DNA of 64,000 nucleotides. Origin: Octopus bimaculoides (taxonomy: Eukaryota). Location: assembly GCF_001194135.2 (NCBI RefSeq), contig NC_068992.1, positions 20,288,545-20,352,544 of the forward strand, read 5' to 3'. This document shows positions 24,165-36,290 of this stretch, piece by piece. A program made the translations under genes and the position numbers. The notes beneath the pieces were generated by a model. The model was not told the DNA's origin, did no database searches, and saw only the letters and a program-made list of their open reading frames with translations. Position 1 is the first letter of the stretch; the number at the start of each line of letters is the position of its first letter.

Positions 24165-27024
24165 TGTGGACCTTTCAAATAATTTATAAACAGCTTCCAT
24201 AAGGAAAGATTATATAGCGCTTATATACTTTCCTTATAGGAAAAAGAAATAATTCTAATGAAACGTATAAATGCATAAATAAATTTATAATGCATTTAGT
24301 GAGAGAAAACAAATATTGAAACCTGAAATTCACAAAGGGACCATGTGTCAAATGTGCAAATGTAAAAACAGCAACAATACAGTGGACTGACATGTTAAGT
24401 CTTCAACAAAATTGGTTAGGAACCTAAATGAAAGAAAATTCGCGAGGCTTATTGTTAAAACTTTGACTGTAAATGATTTTTTACAGATGCAGTGGAATTG
24501 TGTGAATGACCATGCTGCAAGAGATCTGACAAAATTTTCTTGGCATGAAGATATGAAATAGACTGTATTATTAAGAAATAAAGGACAAGAAGTAAACATA
24601 GCAGTCTTTGTGTGTTCTTAAATGGCTAAATTGACTCTTCTAACTCTTTCACTTAAAACACACGATCTACTACCGAGCCACTTGCCAACAAGCACGACAC
24701 TGAATTTAATAGTCCGTATCAAACAACTATTGGCCCATTATAACTAATGAAATAAACAGCGATCTGGTAGAATCGTTGGCATGCCGGACAAAATGCTTAG
24801 CGTTATTTTGTCCGTATTTACGTTCTGACTTCATCCTTCGGGATCGATGAAATATGTACCAGTTGTGCTCTGAGTTCGAAGAAATCGACTCGTCGCTTCC
24901 CCCAAAACTTCAAACTGTGCGCCAATATCAAAAACGATTATATTTAATGAAAACAAAATCTGCTCTAGTATCAAAGGTTTGATAAACAAAAAACAATGTC
25001 TTGCCTAATATAAAATGACAGCTATTTCCTTCTGTTGATTTCCTTTTATTTTGTATCCACGTTATCTGGTCCCCGATTCTAGTGTAATTTTTACCCAGTA
25101 TTATATTTTGTTGATACTGCCACAGCCGTATCTTGGTTTGCGTCAGACAAGCCATAGTCGATAAGCAGTTGCCTCAACAAAACTGTTTAGTTATGACGGA
25201 TTGATCTCTTTTTCAGGCACGTTATATAAAACATCTACATTATCACAAAATACTTCCAGTTTTTTTTTTAACACGTCAAAATATATCCACCAGTTTGAAA
25301 GACCCTACACGGGCTCAGTTTTTATATCAAACACTTCGGTATGAATATTATTTCGCATCGGTTCAAAACTGATTGAGGTCATATGATTGACTACATTTCT
25401 TCCGCGACCATAATTATTATCAACAGGAAGAACAAAGAACCTCACTGAAGTGTGTACTTTGCGGTCGGTGTGGCTGCCATTTCTGGAATATCACGAGAGA
25501 CAGTACGTAGTTCCTGTCATTGGTGATGTAACGATTAATATTTTCATAACAGGTACAACGTCCAACTTTTTTTTGTTTCAGATGATATTTTTCCAGATGC
25601 TTGCAAACAATAATTTCTGTTTTGCTATCTTATATCATAGGAAAATCATTGAATATTAATTCATACCATGCTTATATGCTTCCATCACTATCATTTTTAT
25701 GGGTATTATTATCATCATTATTCCAGCGGCGAGCTGGATGAATCTTCAGACTGTCGAACAAAATGCTGAGCAGCATTTCTTCCGGCTTTTTATGAGCCGA
25801 ATTCACATCGCGCTGAGGTCAACTTTTCATCCTTTCATGTTATTTATAATAAAGTATTAGGCAAGAACTCGAGTCGATGTTATCGACTGTCCCTCGCTCA
25901 CTAAAACTTGTTGGTTTTGTTCCAGGTATTTAAAAGTATTTTTTATCATTATTTTTTGTTGTTTTACTTATTTTGTGAATTAATTTTGTGAAAATTATTA
26001 GTTGCATAACTGATGATTTGAAAGTTATACAACTTCTTTTCTCGAAACTAAAATTGAGATCAACTTTCGAAAGATACATAAAACTTATTAAATAGTATAA
26101 CAAAAAAAAATCCCATGTTTATTTCAAATAAATGTTAAAAGAATACGGACAAAGGTATCAATATTGCATATGTCAGATATGTTCCCCGTGGTGAAAAAAA
26201 AAGCAAAAACGAGATCATGTCGTTAAAAGTACGATATTTTTTCGAATTGGATGCTTTATTATATATAATAAAAAGTAAATGAATTGCCTGTATGTACAAA
26301 TCCAGTAAAAAAATAATAAATAATAAATAAATAAAAAGAGCAACAGAAGCTGTTTTTACATTCTCCATAGAGTCTGAATGAATCACCAATAGACATATAG
26401 CATATATATCTGCATCTCGTACAATATAGATTATAAATCTCGGCTTTGCATTGTATTTCCCGCGATATTTTATCAGAATCTGGCTTAACAGCTCAAAAAA
26501 TATATATCTGGAGAACCAGTAACAGAGCAAATATGCTCTACATACGCCAGGTTCGAGAGAAATCTGTGTGATATGCATATAGAATTACATACATTGGAAA
26601 TATTATTCGTTAGAAAACAAAAATGTAAAGCATACAATTAAAATTTCAGCTACAAGCATGGCATTTCTTAGTACTTGATCTTAGAATTTCACGTAAAAAA
26701 GAAAGATGACAGTAGTGTACAAGCATCGACGTGACTCTATAGAATAATCAGAATTTTCATCAGAAGAGATTGTACCTAGACCTTGAATTAATTTATGATG
26801 TTTGTCAAGGAACTTATCTATCGTTACACTTTTAAATGGCATAATTGCAATGATACACAATCTTTTGTGTCATTGTCAATGTTCTAATCTCCGTTCTTCC
26901 GATAAATTTATTCAGTTCAGTTCCGCTCTGTCACCTTTCTTCATGGCTAACATCCAGCAAATTTCATAGTTTAAACTTCCTTCCCTAACATCGCTGAAAC
27001 ATGCCATTGCATCATTAACAAGCT

Positions 27025-27139
27025 AACGTGGAGCAACGTGAAATAAAGTGTCTTGCTCAAGGATACAACGCGTCGCCGGAAATTGAACTCACGACCTTAT
27101 GATCGTGAGCCGAATGCCCTAACCACTAAGCCACGCGCA
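27025..27139 (-). mobile_element. 5' portion (tRNA head + CORE-like centre) of the same SINE type as 18248-18544
   Basis: gcaacgtgaaataaagtgtcttgctcaagga...aattgaactcacgac...aaccactaagccacgcgc aligns with 18435-18540. A more decayed copy lies at ~555-679. Confidence 0.75.
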
Positions 27140-27199
27140 AAAAAAGTTACACAAGCAATTACGTTTGGCATAACAAATGCTATGGAATTATTTACAAAG

Positions 27200-28510
27200 T
27201 ATTGGATGAGATGGTAAGCTCCAGTATAACATAGATAATGATTTCGGATACCACCAATAAAGGACATTATGGACAATGGTACTGTCCGTTTGATAATGAA
27301 GGATGGAACTCTAAAGATGCCGAAAGAGTTAGAAAAGGCTGCTACATCTTTGAGAATTAGATTCTAAAGAAAGAAATCTCGTAGCCTCTCTTGACAGAAA
27401 GTGAAATTAGAAGAAACAGTCGCCTTCACAGTAGCCAAGTAAAATATCCTTACCGTGGCTTAGGTCGAACGCCTAGGAAAGTGGTATAACGAAACACTGA
27501 AAGATACAAAAAGGGAAACCAAAACCAAATAAATGGTGGGAAATTATGTAGAGGTCATAGACCAGTGTGAGCTGCCTAGCAAATACCGAGTTTGATGTTT
27601 GCAGTTCATGTTAATCCTGACCTTTGTCGGTTTACGATATCAACGCAAGTATTGTGGAGGACATGGAAATGAAATCCAACAAGTACACAATGAGGTGGCT
27701 TGTTCTACAGGTTTCACTTATGCTGCACTGTACTGTCGCCAGGACAAGCTAAAGCTACCCTCAGTTCCATCGTTGCAGAGTACAAAGTCGGAAAAGCAAG
27801 GCTATGCTTGCAGACTCGGAAGACTTGGACGTGAGAACGATCCAGCATAAGTGGAAGACAGGCAGGGTATGAAAAATCCATAAGGCAGTGGACGCGATGA
27901 TTATATTTTTGTTAAGCCCGGACCTAGCCAATAGGCAGAGACTGGGTACTCGGAGGTCAGACGAAATATGAGAAGAGATCTGACTCTAGAGAAAGTGAAA
28001 AAAGGGAGAGGATGCTATAACAACCCGGAAAGCAGTACATACGTGCCAACAGGGCCAGTGGACAACGTGGGAAGCTGCCCTATAGAAGTGTCTCTGCTAG
28101 AATTACCTATGACATATGGTGCCTCTTAAAATAATTTTTATTTCCATATCTGTCTAATTTCTCCTGCCTTTGAATACGAATGAAGTAAAGTGGGGCAAAT
28201 TATATAGTTCTGGTTGTCTGGTCCGCGGGATAAACGGACAGTAGAACACATTCTGCTGTCTGCTGAGTAGCACTAGCCCAAGGAAGGTACATACGGAGGC
28301 ACAATCAAGATATAAATAGAACGTGCACGTGATAAGTACGGCCAAATTAAAATCCATACCACCAAAGGAACTTGAGATAGTTGAAGAGTTCGAAACCACT
28401 GCCACAAAACAAGCAAAATGGATCAAGCATATGCAAAAAGGAACGGGCAGAATCATATTGAGGAGTGATGGGGCCAGAAGCCTCGTTCTAACGATTCTGC
28501 CATCTGGGGT
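27200..28510 (+). mobile_element. Hero-like (RLE-class) non-LTR retrotransposon relic: RT C-terminal half through zinc-knuckle region
   Basis: Broken frames give PPIKDIMDN (27251-27277, decayed PPIRAFMDD catalytic motif), KKSRSLS, RLGKWYNETLKD, IDQCELPSKY, ALYCRQDKLKLP..SSIVAEYKVGKAR, QQGQWTTWE, TVEHIL and ALAQGRYIRRHNQ, in the order seen in Hero-clade ORFs. Many stops and frameshifts. Confidence 0.8.
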
Positions 28511-29099
28511 GGGGCGGGAAAGCACATGCTTACTGATAGACATTGCAGTCCATACCTAGCAAAATATTACCCCAAAAGATGTAGAAAAATTGTCAAAGTG
28601 CAGTGACCTCGAAACTGATGTATTCAAGATGTGGTTCACGCATATGAAAACAATATCATTAATAAGTGGAGCATTACGTATCATAAAAAGCATATGAACA
28701 AAAAAAACGTGGACTTTCAGCAATGTACACTATCTTATAGTAGCCCTGTTAGGAACAGCCTATATCCTACGCAAGACCTATCAATTCAATAATACAACCC
28801 AAACAAAATAATACACAAACACGAGACAACTCTGTATAGCAAACACCAAATAAAATGTACAACCACCAGCAGGTCAATATACACAATGCATTACAAACGC
28901 AATACACAATACAAACACTAATGCAAATAATATGCTACGCCAGTCCCATAAAATGGAACTGGCCCAATGCAGTACCAGGAAGTGGTTGCACTCCCACAGC
29001 AACACCAAAGTGTAGCAGGTGATATAGTAGAACAAAATGTTGAATAATAACAACAATATTATTATTATTATTATTATTATTATTAAGAATAATAACAAA

Positions 29100-29165
<66 letters not shown>

Positions 29166-29190
29166 GATAACAACAACAACAACAACAACA
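28511..29190 (+). mobile_element. 3' end of an R4/Dong-like RLE retrotransposon with (AAT)n tail
   Basis: TCLLIDIAVHT*QNITPKDVEKLSKCSDLETDVFKMW...ISGALRIIK, then ALLGTAYILRKT (canonical R4/Dong C-terminus LLGTAHILRK), ~250 nt of 3' UTR and an (ATT)n/(AAT)n/(AAC)n array at ~29041-29190. Confidence 0.8.
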
Positions 29191-29199
29191 AGATGCCAT

Positions 29200-29370
29200 T
29201 ACAGTGTGACAAGAATGATCTATCACGGCCTACAAAGAGCAAAGACGTGGTATCAGCAAACCACAGATGGCGTCACCGAAAAAAGAGTACTGCAAAATCC
29301 TGTAGGATGCAATGATCCAGTGCGATCACTTGACCAGTCATAGGAAAGTGGGCATTGGTACGACCGTTGT
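29200..29370 (+). mobile_element. Second R4/Dong-like fragment (region just upstream of the RLE PD motif)
   Basis: HGLQRAKTWYQQTTDGVTE / EYCKIL*DAMIQCDH resembles the R4/Dong consensus WYEHxPExVxENxxxKILWDFxIQCDH; one frameshift and one stop. Confidence 0.65.
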
Positions 29371-29789
29371 GTCCGCGATTAAACTGTGGGAACCGTGTTG
29401 CTGGCGGTAAGCCGTTGCAAAAAGCTTAGATCAAAATTCTTTGTACTTCTATGAGATAGAAATCTACATTCCAATATATTTTAGTTTCTAAAATATCTCT
29501 TACTTTCTGTATTTTACTTGTTTCCATCATTAGAATGCAGCCATGCTGGAGCAATGTCTTGATGAATTTTTGCAATTTTTAATCGAACAAATCGACGCCT
29601 ACTTCTACTTCTTATTTTCTTTTTAAAACCTGGTGCTTATTTTATCAGTTTTTTACATTTACCGCTTAGCAAAGATTGACCTTGAACTTTGCTCTGCTTG
29701 TGCTTTAAGCTTTAACGTTCTAGCTTACTTTTGCTGTTTAGAACTGTGTTTGGAAGGAAGGTTTGTAGCGTGTGATCATCGTATTGACC

Positions 29790-30075
29790 ATGACAGAGAA
29801 AGCTGTCATAGCGATATCTGCTCAGAGGCGGACGCAAAGTTGCAGAAAGCGTATAGAGAGGAGTGCATGAGCTGTACACAAGTGAACGAGTGGTTCAGAC
29901 GTTTCCGAGATGGCCGGAAAAATGTTGATATTGACGATAGTTCTGGGAGCCCTGCAGCCAGCAAAAATGAGCAAAACATTGCAGATGTACATGCAGCTGT
30001 TAGTGGGGAATCGTCAAAATACCGTACGTGTGTTATCAGAGGATATGCAGATTAGTTACAGATCAGTCCATTATC
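29790..30075 (+). mobile_element. Mariner transposase N-terminal HTH relic
   Basis: ATG ACA GAG AAA at 29790, an apparent internal deletion, then AKLQKAYREECMSCTQVNEWFRRFRDGRKNVDIDDSSGSPAASKNEQNIADV and, frameshifted, TVRVLSEDMQISYRSVH. This is the mariner bipartite HTH pattern (W-F-x-R-F-x-x-G...D-x-x-R-x-G-R-P). Confidence 0.85.
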
Positions 30076-30164
30076 ATTGTGCAGCTGCGAATAAATAGAA
30101 GACAAACGGGGTTTCAGCTGTACAAGATTTTCTTGGTCGTGTGGAGAACGAGAAAAACTTTTGG

Positions 30165-30245
30165 GAAACTTTGCGTAACCCTCTGAGCAGGTGTCGCCAG
30201 GCGTTTGGCAAAATTTGATGCAGATTTTCTGCTGAACTTTCTAAC
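30165..30245 (-). mobile_element. Second mariner N-terminal fragment, opposite orientation
   Basis: Reverse complement reads KVQQKICIKFCQTPGDTCSEGYAK (mariner start EQRICIKFC). 30167-30197 matches 29811-29841 at 26/31 nt. Confidence 0.75.
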
Positions 30246-30346
30246 CCTGTGCCAATCGGCTTCCCTCTGCGTACCTCAGCTTTGTTACTACGGCAAGTAT
30301 GGTGGTGCTCCAGCTTGGCTACTGTCAAATGACTGAAACACGTGAT

Positions 30347-30379
<33 letters not shown>

Positions 30380-32404
30380 CAACGGGATTCTTTCAGTTTC
30401 CTTCTAACGAATCCACTCACAAGTCTTAAGTCAGCTTGAGACTACAGTAGAAGACATTTGCACAATGTGACAAGCGGTTGGACTGATTCAGATCCATGCG
30501 GCTGTGAAGCAAGTTTCCGAGCACGTAGCCATGCGTGCGCCTAAAATAATAAATTTGAACACAATATATCGAGTGGAATACTCCCAAGTGATCTGTGGTG
30601 TGTGCGCCAAATGCCTTAGTCATCAACATTCAATCGCTAATATTTTAGAAAGAGAGCGAATAAAACGAGACGCTGGAAGCATATCCAAATATATAAACAT
30701 CCCTGTAGGTTTGTATAAAATGAAATTGAATGGACACGGTTATTATCACTATAACCCTTCCATTCATGAATGTGTTTGTTTAATTAGGTAAATATCGATA
30801 TTTTCAGTTCTAATAACCGATCGCAATAGATTAAGAATAAAGGAAATATCGTTTTTATTGAGAAACAGTAGAAAATACACGATTCACTTCACCGTGCAGC
30901 TGCGAATAAATAGAAGAACAGGAATCCAGTCACTACGAACTTGTATGGACGAATACAGTTTTATTTTATTCATTATTATTATTATTTTTTTTGGTCTTGT
31001 GCATTTGTAGTAACATTTATTATTTTCTATTCTCTCACCCCAAACAGTCTAGTGACTTCTGAGTGAATTTGATAGACGGAAACTGTGTCGAAGCCCTACG
31101 TGTATATATGTGTGTGATTGTGTGCGTGTGTATTTGTGTGGGTCCATGTGTATGTTTTTGTTTGTATTTGTCCCTACCTATCACCTGTCAATCGGTGTTA
31201 GTGTGTTTACTTCCAAGCAATTCAACAAAAGACACACAGAGAACAAGTACCAGATTCAGACGTAAGTATTGCGCGGAGTTGGTGACCGATATATTCGACT
31301 AAACCCTTCAAGGCAGTGTCCCAGCGTGGACGCAGTCCAATGATTAGATCAAGGACAAGGGAAATAATGAAAGCAGAAAAAAGAGAAAACAATTCCAAAT
31401 ATAGAAGGAATATTTCACACCAACTGCTACTGGAAAAACCGCAACACTATATCGCAGCTCCGACACTAAGACTTCATTATCCATGTCATGTCGCAATAGA
31501 AAATAACCATATCATTAGAAGGCAGAGAGAGGATAATTAAAACCTCTCCTATACAAATAATACCATATCTCTTCCAGAGAAGTCTCCTAACACTTCTGCT
31601 TAGCACTGATAACGTTTACAAATTTGCTGAATGACGCTAACAGCTATGATAAAAACAGGTGTTAATTTCCCGGGCGAGTTTCATAGTAACATAGGAAAAA
31701 ACTTTACGTATCACTAACACTCATAAAACTACTGAATGGAGAAAGCTATTTTTCTTTGGTTTCTTCATTAGGTAGCTCACTATTGCACATAGACAATATG
31801 GTAGAAATTTTGACCAATAATCCACGCAGTTGTTGCGAACATGAAGCTATGTTGATGCATAACGATACTGTAAATACATGGCGATCCTTGCATCCAAATC
31901 ACAAACATTGCATGTATTTATTTATATATTCATTTGGCAGAATGGTTAGGTGCGTAGGAAAACAAAAAGTACTTTGCTGTATTTTTTCCAGCTCTTAAAT
32001 TATAAGTTCGGTTCTTGCCGAAGACATGTTTGCTTCTCATTCTTTTGAGTTCATTAAAATAAAATACCAGACACGTACTGCGGTCAGTGTTTTTCAGTCT
32101 GTCTACCCCAACAATTGCTAGCATGGGACCAGAATTCAAAGCAACTATTGTAAGACAGTGAACTACGAGAATTGTTAGAATGCCAGATAAAAAAATCTTA
32201 GCAGCACTTCGTCCGACGCTACACTATAAGTTAAAATTCCACCGACGTCTACATTGCCTTTCACCCTTTCAGTGTCAACAAAATGAAGTACAAGTCAATA
32301 ACTGTATCGATAACCCTTCCACCAGAACCTTAGACATTGTGCCAATACTAGGAACAATTATTATTATCAATTTGTGTATTCACATATATTATACATATTT
32401 TTCT

Positions 32405-32788
32405 GTGGAGGCGCAATGGCCCAGTGGTTAGGGCAGCGGACTCGCAGTCATAGCATCGCAGTTTCGATTTCCAGACCGCGTGTTGTGAGTGTTTATTGAG
32501 CAAAGACACCTAAAGCTCTACGAGGCTGCAGCAGGGGAGCGGGGAAACCATTCTCTATTCTTTCACCACAACTTTCTCCTACTCTTACTTCCTGTTTCTG
32601 TTGTACCTGTATTTCAAAGGGCCAGCCTTGTCACACTCTGTGTCATATTGAATCTCCCCGAGAACAACGTTAAGGGTACACGTGTCTGTGGAGTGCTCAG
32701 CCACTTGCACGTTAATTTCACGAGCAAGCTGTTTCTTTGACCGGATCAACTGGAACCCTCGTCCTCATAACCGACGGAATCCCACAAC
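32405..32788 (+). mobile_element. Full-length tRNA-derived SINE, family A
   Basis: Pol III A-box-like tggcccagtggtt and B-box-like gtttcgatttcc head. Colinear over its whole length with the copy at 40052-40447. Confidence 0.85.
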
Positions 32789-35700
32789 TTATTTTTCTGT
32801 TTACCATTTAAGAGAATTTGTTAGAGTAAATTACATTGCCATTTTCTTGCGAAACCATACACGCCTCCCGAATAATGGTTTCTATTTCCTGCTCCTTGAG
32901 GTTCAAATAGGAAAAACTATTTTTGAAACCTGTGCTTTGGAGACACTATTAACTTGAATGAAGGAATCGTCTTCGTGTGCCTTCCAAAAGCGAAATTAAA
33001 TATGTCACTCCAGATTTCAACTGCTGCCGTTGTTGTAAGAGCGTGGATGCCTCTCTCTTTCTATCTTCCTCTCTCTTTCTTTCTTTCTTTCTCTCTCTCT
33101 CTCTCTCACACACACTTTTCTCTCTCTCTCTCACCCTTTCTCTCACGTAATACCAACCAGTGTTTTTATCATAGTTATTGTACTCGGAGTAATACAGAGA
33201 CAGTTCAAACACTTCTGAACAACTTCTCATCTCCAAGGTCAACATTTACGAAAATAGTACTCTCTTGTTCAATACCACATGCAGTACTCGTCCATCATCG
33301 AACCACGTAGGATATAAATAAAGTGACATTTCATATATCATGGAAGCCTTCAAACCGATGCCTTTTTATTGGTCTCTTGTCACAAAGTTCAATACCAGCT
33401 TCATAGAATCTGTCTTTCTCATGTTCTTTTTTTCTTTTAGCACTATTCTCTAATTATTAAGAAGAACACTTCCAACAAAACGGTCGCCGTGAGGAACGAA
33501 GAAGCAAAAGCAGTAATAAGAAGTAAAAGAATAAATGTAAAAACAATTTCCTTATAAAGTTTAACAGTAACATTGGAAATGTTCAGTTAAAAACAATTAT
33601 ACTTTTTCAGTTCTTTTATTCTTTTACTTGTTTCAATCATTTAACTGCAGCCATGCAGCAACACCACCTTTAAGGGTGTTAGACGAAAAAGTTGACTTAT
33701 TCTTTGTATGCCTAGTAATTATTATATCGGTCCTTTTGCCGAACCACTAAGTAACGGGAGCTTAAATATACGAACATCAGTTGTCAAGCGATGGTAGGGG
33801 AACAAACGAACACACACACACACATAATATGTAAGACGGACTTCTTTCACTTTTCGTTTACAAAATCCACTCACTAGCTCGAGGTGCCGCGCAGTGAGAC
33901 TGAACCCGCAACCATGTTGTTGGGAAGCAAGTTTCTTACCACACAGCCATGCGTGTAACCAAGTATTAGCCTGCTGACTTGCAACAACACCATTGTTTAT
34001 TGCAGGAAATAATGATACGGAAGCAATAAGATGCGAGAAGATGGAAGAGGATGTAGCTACGTGTTGATCAGTCATACAATACATAATTTTCTAAGCTTCT
34101 AACAAACCAAAAATTGTACAAGAAAATACACAGACATCACAAGACGCAACAAAAATAACGATACCAAAAGCCAAGCACAACTTTTACACCCAGCGCAAAC
34201 AATTTCATTGCTGCTGACTTTAGAAATAAGGGATTTAGTAAAGTCCCAATGGATTTGAGCAAACACATGGCAACGTGCCATATAATTGACGTCTAATACA
34301 AACACATAAACATACGCAGTGCAATCGAGAATGAAAACTGTGACTTTTTATCCCAAATGAAGCAAATAAAATTATTTGGGGCGGAGACATATTTAACCTT
34401 TAGAAATTACACACACAAAATTGCCGGTTGTTGCAACAAATATGCACTTGGTTTGCCGCCACTTGGCCAATGAACTTCGGCCATTAGTTTTAGAGGAAGT
34501 AACTTCACCGAAACCAAGTTTCTAGGGTGCACGCAGCCACATCTGGCATTGAACAGTATAAGATTCATGTAACTCTTAGTTAGCCTCATACAGGTTTAAT
34601 GGAAAAGGTGTAGTGTTTCAAAAATTAAAGTCCTCATTGTACGAACAATTTCTCTGTACTTGGCTAAGTCGCTGTTGCTGGATATGAGCGAAACAAATTC
34701 AATTGATGCAATAACTTTCTTGTCTAATTTCTGGTTCGTGCTGAATTATACATCGGCTGTCATTGGTCATTTTCAGTCGCCTATCAGCTTTTCTGTTAAA
34801 TAAGCATATCTTCTTGGTGAACAGAAAACCCTTCTGGGGTAAGCGATCTTAAGATTGATTTCGATGGCCAAATGTCGCATTCATGTGCGACAGAAAAAAG
34901 AGACTGAGAAACAGAGTGAGAGAGAGAGACGGAGAGAGAGGGAGAGAGAAAGACAGACAGAGAGATTCACAGACTGATGATGAAAGATCGAGAGATAGCA
35001 GAAAGAAGATAAGGGTAAAAAATCAACGTTACATGTTGACTGATAATGTATATCAATTATTTAAAGTAGAAAGGCAAATTTGACCTCGGCAACATTTGAA
35101 CTGGAATACGTTCTATTCAGTGTTCTGATGAATCTCCCAATCTGTTACTTCTTTTCTTTTTTGGTTTTGTATTGGTTATCTATATAGATTATAGATTATA
35201 TCCAGTTCCTGACATTGTGTTATAATGTCAAACATTTCACTAATTAATACAAACCAAACTAATATTTGTGTATTACATTTCATTTATCCAGTATTTTATA
35301 TACAGCCATTTTCAACATCAGTGTTTCTAGTCAGCAAACGTCTTATCGCTCTCCTGGTAAGTAATTCGACAAGAAATTAAAAGGTTTTTCATGATGCTGG
35401 GAAGCATTTTATAGACGGTGTTTTTATTAATTATCACTTGAGGAATTAATGCGTTTCTACCTTGGGTGTAGAGTCGTGTTTTAGTTCTGTTTGCTCACTA
35501 TTTCAAGGCATACTGAAACAATGTCTGCTTGTCAGGTATTTCTCTTAGAAAATAAAGGTGATTCAGAACGTAGGGTTTGCGTTTTCACTCAGTTGCTATT
35601 GTTGAAGTGTTAGTAAGATTTTTGACTGATAAGTTGTATCATTCTAAACTACTTTCTTCTTTGTGTTGACTGTCCCTTCTTGTACGTTTTATTTCCCGTT

Positions 35701-36141
35701 TATATTACTCAGTAAATTTTGTTATGAGTTGTGCATTGTTTTCAAATACCCATGGTTTTTGGTTTATATAATTTACTATCTGTATACGAGCTCACATTTT
35801 ACGAAACCTTATGCATGATTATGCTGGTATATTTCCTGAAAAAAATGTTTCTTTAAATTCATTCGTGCATGTTATGTTTTTATTGATGTCTTATCTAGCT
35901 TTTATTTGTGTTGTTTGCATCCTTTTCATGTTGCCTCATAAATTTTCCATTTCATTTGTATTTAATAGTATTCAATGTAGTTTATATATTTCCAATTTTG
36001 TAGAGAGGATTTGGTGAACAGCCTCACGCTATGAGTCTAAAGTCCGCTCCCCTACAGTAATAACTCTACTAAATAAATACAATAGATCATTCAGGTAGTC
36101 TATGCGGTTGGCAGAAGTTTATATAGAGGGAGAATTCACAC

Positions 36142-36290
36142 AAAAAAAGACGAAGGTAGGTAGTGTAGACAACAAACAGTTGTATTAGTTTAACGCTCGG
36201 AAAGTGAAAAAAGTCTTTAAAGTTTCGAGCCTACGCTTTTCCACAGAAAGGAACACAGAAAGAAACAAGGAGAGAAAATAAAGAACGTAC
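36142..36290 (-). repeat. Inverted copy of the 16211-16329 repeat
   Basis: Reverse complement contains ctgtggaaaagcgtaggctcgaaact...ttccgagcgttaaactaatacaactg...cttcgtcttttttt. Confidence 0.55.

Noticed and set aside
32405-32480. tRNA-like sequences at SINE heads (also 40052, 18544, 27139)
   Set aside because: They continue into SINE bodies and lack a complete cloverleaf; not tRNA genes.
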